From: Chrysomallon squamiferum
Taxonomy: Eukaryota > Animalia > Mollusca
NCBI GenBank assembly: GCA_012295275.1
Contig: CM022670.1
Coordinates: 10,354,001 to 10,418,000 of the forward strand
Reading direction: 5' to 3'
DNA: 64,000 bases
How positions within the stretch are numbered: the stretch's first letter is position 1; every line of letters begins with the position of its first letter. The translations under genes were made by a program, and so were the position numbers. Under the pieces are notes generated by a model. The model did no database searches. It was not told the origin of the DNA and saw only the letters and a program-made list of their open reading frames with translations. This document shows, one piece after another, positions 56,202 through 64,000 of the stretch.

Positions 56202-58739
56202 CCACACACACACACACTACCTTGTTTGTTCGCATGTGTTTCCTTTCAGCAAACAACAATTTTAATTATGGCTGTAAATGGAAACAACGGCTTGTTACAA
56301 GGAAAGAACTAAAAATATTTTGAGTAAAGAAGGAAATAAGAAAGAAATAAGAGGAAATAAAGCAGTTTTAAAATAGATTTAAAGATTTTCTTTAGAAAAT
56401 AGGCCAGCGTGTTATGGCCTGGTTTTAATTTTAGATAATAAATGATTTCGAAAATATCAAAAACCGAAGGAATAGAAAGAAAAATTATATATTTTTAAAC
56501 CTTAAAACTGTGTTGCGAAAATGCAGCTAAAATTAAAATGAATAGACTTTTATAATTTTGCGTTCAATTCTTTTATAAAATCTGTTTGATACAGTACACT
56601 TTACATATATTTATTAAAATAACTATTAAATTTTCAGGAAACAACATTTTTATAAATTAATATAAATGAAAGAATATATAAGAACTGAAACAAACAAACC
56701 AAAAAAAAAAAAAAAAATAAATAAATAAAAGTTACTTTCATCATTAATGCAAAAACAAACAAACAAAATAAATAGATAAATAAATAAATAAACAAATAAA
56801 TAAATAAATAAATGAACAAAATAAATAAATAAACAAAATAAATGAAGGAATAAACAAACAAACAAAATAAATGAATAAATAAATAAATAAACAAAAAGCA
56901 AATTACAAAACTTTCGGCAAGTAATAAAAAAAAAAAAAAAAAGAAAGAAAGAAAGAATGAAAAAAAGAAATATTAAAAATATGAATAAATAAATTCCATC
57001 AGTTGTTCAGCACATTGTCGCTTTAGATTTCCCCCCTTTTCCAAACAGAACGATTCATTTTAAGTAGGTATGACGATAACGTCTGTGTACGTCAGAGATG
57101 ACCTTTAGCGGGGGTCAATTAGACCTCTCTACACATTGACAGATAGCAAATCAAAAGCTCGTCAGCGTGTTTGGGCTATCGGACTCTCTCTCTCTTCTCG
57201 CGATCCCAGCGATTGCTTTGCTCCGAAAATAGATTTGTTCATTTCATTGGTGGCTGGCTTGCGGAAACGTTTGCGTAATTCGCTCATCAGTATGCGGAGA
57301 AAGGAACATCTCCTGGTCCCCGGATGTACCAATCAATCAAACTCCATTACGAGATGCGAAGCCACGGCCGCCATTTTTGTTTTTCCCTCGAGGTGCCGTC
57401 TGCTGCAAGTTTTCTTCCAACAACCGCTGCGTTCTTTTTCCTAGCTCGCCGGCATCGTGATGGAATAACGTAATTAAGTTTAACACCGCAAATGCCGATG
57501 AACAAAATGCATGTCAAAACACGAATGTGGATTTTTTTTTTTTTTTTTCCTTTTTCCTTTTTGAAGACTGAATTCTTATGAGTTCAGTTCAAGTTGATGG
57601 TTTTTTTTTTTCCCACCCACCCCTTTTTTGTTCTGTTTCATCTGAATAAACTAATGCTAAAAAGTAATATTTATACGGGTAATATTTCTAAAGATCAGTG
57701 GGTCCTGAGAGATCGTTTCTGTTTAATGCAGCAGTATTCATCGATTATTCTCTGTTGTTCTTTACGTACACAGGCTGTCTGTCTGATCCATGTTTCTGCG
57801 ACTTCTAAAGAAACGAAATGAAAAAAAAAAGAAGAAGAAATATTTTAAAAGTATCCAGTGTAACTGTTTAAATTGTTTTTAGAGGCAGTTTTTGAAAAGA
57901 AAGTGTTTCATCGATTTACGTTATTTTCTTTGGGTTTTTTTTTCTTTTTTTCTTCGACTCATGTGTTAAACGTGGTGGAAAAGATCGGAGGTCTAGTAGT
58001 CAAAAAAAAAAAAAAAAAGGCTGAAAGGTCATAAATTGAGTTTGTATTTATTTGTTTTAGGGAGAGTTGAATGACAGCAATAATTTTTCAAATTCATAAT
58101 TTCAAAGTCTTGTGTCGAATTTGTCGATGTAAAGGTCTTGCTGTTTAATAATTCACCAGCAAACTACGCTTTAAAAAGATATTTATTTATTTACTTTCTT
58201 ATTTTTATTATTTCAGTTATTTAATGGTGCTAACAGAAAAAAAAAACCATTCTGGATGCTAAGGAAAAGATATGCCACTGATGCTGAAACTGGAGACGCT
58301 TTTTAATTGAAAAAAAAAAGTCTGTGGCAGTTTTCTTTTGGAATTCTTTTATTTGGCGGCGAGATAGCTTAGGTTAAGGAAGACTGGGTTATCTCCCTTT
58401 ATCTTCTTTCTGCAATTTAGTCATGAATGACCTTGGCGTTTACTGACCTGCAGCCGATATTAAAAGTACTCGGGGAAAAAAATCATTTATTGATTAGGGG
58501 TTGATATCACGTGACACTTTATATTTATCTTATTTATAACAGAGCTAAATTTAGAAGTTGCTATAAACGTTTAAAAATACTATTTTACTTTTTTTTTTTT
58601 TTTTTTTTTTTACTTTTCCCTACAAAGGACTTCAAGTCTGATATTTCGTTCTATTCATTTATAGTCATTTTATATATATTTAAATGTATCCAGTGTAACT
58701 GTTTATATTGTTTTTAGAAGTAGTTATTAAAAAGAAAGT
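50873..58739 (+). repeat. Three dispersed copies of a ~45-55 bp motif (50873-50920, 57851-57905, 58686-58739)
   Basis: Shared core TGTAACTGTTTA(A/T)ATTGTTTTTAGA(G/A)G(T/C)AGTT(T/A)TT; the latter two copies also share GTATCCAG upstream and AAAAGAAAGT downstream. Confidence 0.8.
57005..57530. promoter_or_regulatory. CpG-rich island, candidate enhancer
   Basis: Nuclear-receptor half-sites TGACCT 57099 and GGGTCA 57112, ATTGACAG near 57134, GCCGCCATTTT 57367-57377. Confidence 0.4.
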
Positions 58740-58847
58740 CCAGATGAAAACTGTATGCATATATGTATGTCTGTGTGTGTGTCTGTGTGTGTTTGTCTGT
58801 GTGTGTATGGCTGTGTGTCTGTGTGTGTATGTGTGTGTCTGTGTGTG

Positions 58848-58902
<55 letters not shown>

Positions 58903-59389
58903 TCTATTTTGTTTTTCACCCACTGGATTATAAAAGTAGTACCATACGAAGAAAGAAAGAAAGAAAAGAGAAGAGAGAGAGAGAAAGAAAAATTATAATA
59001 TGAAATGGATAAATCATGTCAGTGTGGTTCATTATATTAATATATTGTTGTAGATATTAAGGTATGATTTTACACAAAATTTACTGTATTAATAATATAG
59101 GCAGTGAAATAATAATATTGCTATATTTAATAACACTAATGCTTTTCATTTTACATCGACGATTTATTATTATTTTTTAATTTTTTTTTTTTTTTTTTTT
59201 TTTTTTTGGAAAGAGCATCAGCATCAACAACACTCTAATTATCATTATGATCACAGACATCGAAATAGTCATTATCATCATCATCATCATCGTTAACGTT
59301 GGCATCATAATCTTCAACCTTTTATTTATATATTATGGAACATAAAAAAAAATATATTAACTGAGACTAGACAGTGATAATAAATACTC

Positions 59390-59840
59390 AGAGCTTCCCG
59401 GAATGAATCGTTACAAAAGTACACAGCGAATCGTCATTCCCTTGGAAAGATAAAACTAAAAAAAGTAAAAAATGACAGATATTATAATTTCACGACGACC
59501 CAGGGAATTTGTGCGAGATGCAAGGAAGAAGTTATTTCTGTCCCATCACCACTGTAATTTCACAGCTAACCGTTCATGATGGATCTCCTTCACCTAGGAG
59601 AGTCACACTTCCAGTCACCCAGTGGTGGGTGGTGGTGTTTAAACTCGGGTGTCGGAGACGCGCAAATGACTGTTGTTTCTGACCACTTCGTGATGAGCCG
59701 CTCTGCCAGTCTGCGGTGAGGTAATTCCTGTCATTTGCAGTCTGGGCCAATTACTTACACCCATCTTCGTTGTTGTTGTTGTTGCAGCAGCTTCGTCGAT
59801 ACGGAATGCGGGCGACATTTCTGAAAGTGAAAACCTCGAA
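59390..59840. promoter_or_regulatory. CpG-rich island, candidate enhancer
   Basis: GC rise; COE-like ACCCAGGGAA near 59498 and TTCCCTTGGAA near 59437; no credible ORF. Confidence 0.35.
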
Positions 59841-60985
59841 AAAAAAATTTTGTCTCGTATTTTTGCTTCTTTTTTTTTCTTTTTTTTTTTGAACTGAAAT
59901 AATTTCAGAAGTGACAGAAAAGGTTACTACGACACAACACAATGATGAGATGTTATGATTGTTTTTTTTTGTTTTTTTTATGTGTGTGTGTGTGTGTTTG
60001 TATTTTTTTTTTTTTTTTTTTTGCTACAGTTATCTAATATCAAAAGTGTCTGTTCTGAAACTAGTAGTTTGTATCGTCTACTTTTATTTAGAACAAAGTA
60101 GGCTATTTTCAGATCATAATTTAAAGATAAAAGATTTCTCTTAAAGACGTCCGTTCTCTAGTGTTGTCTGACCTAGTGCACGAATACAAAAAAAAAAAAA
60201 GTTTTTAATTACTTAACCAACACTTACACATCAAGCTTAGATGTTTTACATACAAGGGCTTCTGTTTTGTTGTAAGATGATAAACATTATTTGGTGCCAT
60301 GTCATTCATAGAGAACAAAATTTAAAAAGAACAAAGGTGGAAATAATAAAACGAGATATAAAATAAAAATCTGAAAACATGATGAATAAAAAAAAAAAAA
60401 GGAAAATAAAAAATATTGCCATTTTCTCGATATAATTTTAAAATATGGCTTATAAAACATTGGATTGTTGTAGTTTATATATTATTTATTCACTTATTGC
60501 TCATTTAATTATTTTATTTTATTTTATTTATTTATTTATCATAACACGTTTAATAGCTATTTGGTTTAATTTTCAAGACATCGTTTTACAGTGTTTCTGT
60601 ATTATATTGCAACCGTGCAATTGAAAAAGAAATCAAATAAGTTAGTCCTATGGATTTTCTTTCCTTGATGTTGTGTTGAACAAATTAAAAAAAAAAAAAA
60701 CTTTCTTCTTTAATCACTTTGTTTATCTCGGTTCCATTCGCATTTTCTTCTTCTGTTGTAAATTTATTTCAGTAGAAAATATTTTATTAGCTATTGTATC
60801 TAAACATTTCAAATTCGTCGAATTAGTTATTTGTTTCAATTAAAAAAATGTTGTTTTTGAGCTGATATAGAATGTAATTTTGAAAGAATGTCGTTTTAGG
60901 ATGATACATGATTGACATAATTAATATCCTATTATATTTATCACTGTTATTTTAATCATATTCATTATTGTTACTGTTATTATTA

Positions 60986-61043
<58 letters not shown>

Positions 61044-61245
61044 CGTTGTTGTTGTTGCTTATGTTGTTTTATTGTTATTATTATTATTGAAACTGATTTG
61101 TTGTTGTACTGTTGTTGTTTTTCTTATCATTATTCAAGGAAACAGAAAAGGAGAGAAAGAGAGGCAGGAGATAGAGAAGAGAAGATTGAACGACAGACAA
61201 ACAAACAAACAGACAGATAGGACAACTATTAAGACAAACAGACAC

Positions 61246-61337
<92 letters not shown>

Positions 61338-63072
61338 TAGAGAGGTAAAAAAACAAAAAAACAAACAAATGCGCCAGAAGAAGAAAGTGAATTATTATTC
61401 ACAAATTCTTTTTGCATTCAACATGGGAAAATGAGACGTCACCGTTCCTATACACGACTTTTGAATTACTGGGTCATATAATTTAATTTTCTTGCATCAG
61501 GGAAACGATCAATCCATTAACTTTCAGAGAGTGTATGTTTGGTCCTCTTTGAACGCCTACTCCCCGGGTTCGAATCCAATTAGTCTGAAGAACACTTCTA
61601 GAAAACTGACATAACCATTCTCTCAGTGAATCATCATCAAATGAATAAAATTTACCGCTCAGGAAAATCAGGAAGGACCAGTTTACGCATTTGTTTTGAA
61701 CAGACTGAAGGGAATAAGGTTCTTTTTTTATTATTATTTATTTTATTTCAGTACAGTTATTAATGTATTTTCCAGACAGAACGAATAATGGTGATTAAAG
61801 ACGACCTGTTTTTATGATGTTATTTGTATATATAAAAATATTTACACACAGTAATATCCAATCGTGCACACAGAAAAGCACGAACACGCACGCACACACA
61901 CATCAACACACACACATACAAATGATTTTTCTTACACCTACCTAATTTTGTTTCTTGTTTTCCCCTTTCATTTTTTTCCCCCATTTCCTTATTTTCCTAT
62001 ACCGTGTAAGTAAAAAGATATTACTTTATGTACCTGTATCAAAATCAAAGGACCTGTTACATAGTTTCTGTTCAAAATAAGTGTTTATTAAAAAAAAAAA
62101 AAAGGTATATTGCTGCAAAAAAGATACCAACTGTCCGTTTAATGGACATTTGCTCACCGGACTTTTGCCCAACTTATATTTGCTCACTGGAAAGTTAAAA
62201 AAAAGGACAGATGCCCAACACCAGACAAGTAGGAAATGTAATCAAATAAGAAAGTTTATTTAAGTATTTAACAAGTTTCTTCCCATCGCTATGTAAAAAA
62301 CATAACATTAACAATTTAAAAACTACGAATAAAAATATGCTGAGTTGTCATTAAAAGAAATATTTCTTTATTTATTATAGACCAGTTAATCTTCGTAGAA
62401 AAAATTAAAATAAAAAAGAAAGGAAGAAAATAAAATAAAATAAAAAAAAAACATAAAAAAAAAAAAATGAAAAGAAAAAGAGAAAAGAATGCAAAAAAGC
62501 TTTTATGTTTAGTATTTAATATCGATCCAAAATTTAATTCAATTCTTTTTAACGTTACTTGAAACAAACACTGTTATTTCTTGAGAAGGTTTTTTCGTAT
62601 TCATTGCAAAATGTTTCTTTTCATAACTGCAAATATTTAATATGGATCACATCTGCTTAATGTTGCAGCTGTTTTTACGTGTGTTTTGTGATGGACAAAA
62701 ACAGAACAAAGACGAGAACAAAGTGGCTGGGTGAGAGTGAAATAACACAGATATAGAACATGTCTCAAGCGAGAATCGATCCTGTAATCTTCTGAATGAT
62801 GGGTTTACAGTCTGCATCTTAGGATTTCTCTTCTTGTAATCGTATTAAAGAATCAAAACAACAAAAGGAATGAAAAGATATTTTCTCTTTTTATGCTTTT
62901 TATTTTTTTTTTATTTTTATTTTTTTAGTCAGTTTTGAAGATAAATAGACTAAGAAGAAACAGAATGTAATTGGCATCATTTCCTTATTACGTTTTGAAA
63001 TAAAAAGGTTGCACAGAATATGGAAATCACGAATCGTTTTCTAAATCCATTAGAAAACCATCTCCTTATCCA

Positions 63073-63145
<73 letters not shown>

Positions 63146-64000
63146 CTCTCTCTCTGCATGTGTGTGTGTGTGCATGTGTGTGTGTGGTGTGTGTGTGTGT
63201 GTGTGTGTGTTTGCATCGTTTTGTTTGGGTGTGTGTGTGGTGTGTGTGTGTGTGTGTGTAGTGTGTGTGTGTGTGTGTGTTTGTGTGTTTTTGTTTGCAT
63301 CGTTTTGTTCTTTTATTCTTCCTGCTTTTTCCATCAAGCTTGCTAAACAAAATGTTACAGAATTCAGTGCGAGTCTTCTGAAAGTTGAGTTTACTTACTT
63401 TCGATTCAGTAGCACAACAAATCATTACACTAATAAATAAACAAACAATTAAATAAATGCATATGCATTACTGACTGCACAAGAAACTGAGACTTTTCAT
63501 TAAATTCTACATATGTCTTTATCCCACGACAATAAGGCTTTTTATGAATCCATTGCTTTTACAAATAATTCTATCATCCACTGTGAAAGGAAATAACACG
63601 GTTATTCTTTTAACGATTTTAAAATTCGTATTTGATTTAAATCAAGCAACATCGCTAAAATGAAGCCAAGCGTGTATTTAAGGAAATATAAATTCAAAAA
63701 ACTAAATACGTTTTCTATAAGATTTAAAAAAAAAAAAACTAGGACAAGTGATTTAATAATTTCGATAAAGTTATATCTGGAAAAAAACGTCTTTTGGCTA
63801 TACTCAAATTTTTTTTTTTTTCTTCTTTTTTGAGCACACGAACATCGTTTTTTTTTTTACTATTGTCTGTTGTCAGTGTGCAAATGACTTAAGTACTCTT
63901 ATTAGCGTGTATTTCTACACAATTTTCTTAACACGCACTTCCACGACTGCCGCAGGCGAATTTCAACTTAGCCTGTCCCGGCGGGTAGTTTTCGAAATAA

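Noticed and set aside
61567-61577. Pol III B-box GGTTCGAATCC (also GGATTTGAACC at 23373-23383 and a weak one near 62771)
   Set aside because: No A-box, cloverleaf or SINE tail is discernible; at most decayed tRNA-SINE fragments.

Overview
Eukaryotic (invertebrate bilaterian, probably spiralian/mollusc-like; that is inference), very AT-rich and saturated with microsatellites. Only one protein-coding gene is recognisable: a Beta3/Oli (BHLHE22/BHLHE23-type) neural bHLH transcription factor with an intronless CDS on the minus strand at 18459-19175. It sits alone in a gene desert broken by about 20 short CpG-rich non-coding islands carrying neural transcription-factor motifs (CCATATGG/CAGATGG E-boxes, COE/EBF, RFX X-boxes, TALE, YY1/Pho), which looks like the cis-regulatory landscape of a developmental gene. 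There are three non-autonomous Tc1/mariner-pogo type MITEs with terminal inverted repeats at TA sites; one has an 'empty' paralogous site inside the window. Also present are several minisatellites, two (TA)n-centred palindromes and a bulged near-complement of miR-124, notable because mir-124 is a known neighbour of this gene family. Nearly all other ORFs in the track are microsatellite or GC3 artefacts. No rRNA, tRNA, CRISPR or intact transposase was seen, and no wholly new system can be proven from sequence alone. Motifs were found by eye and island boundaries are approximate.
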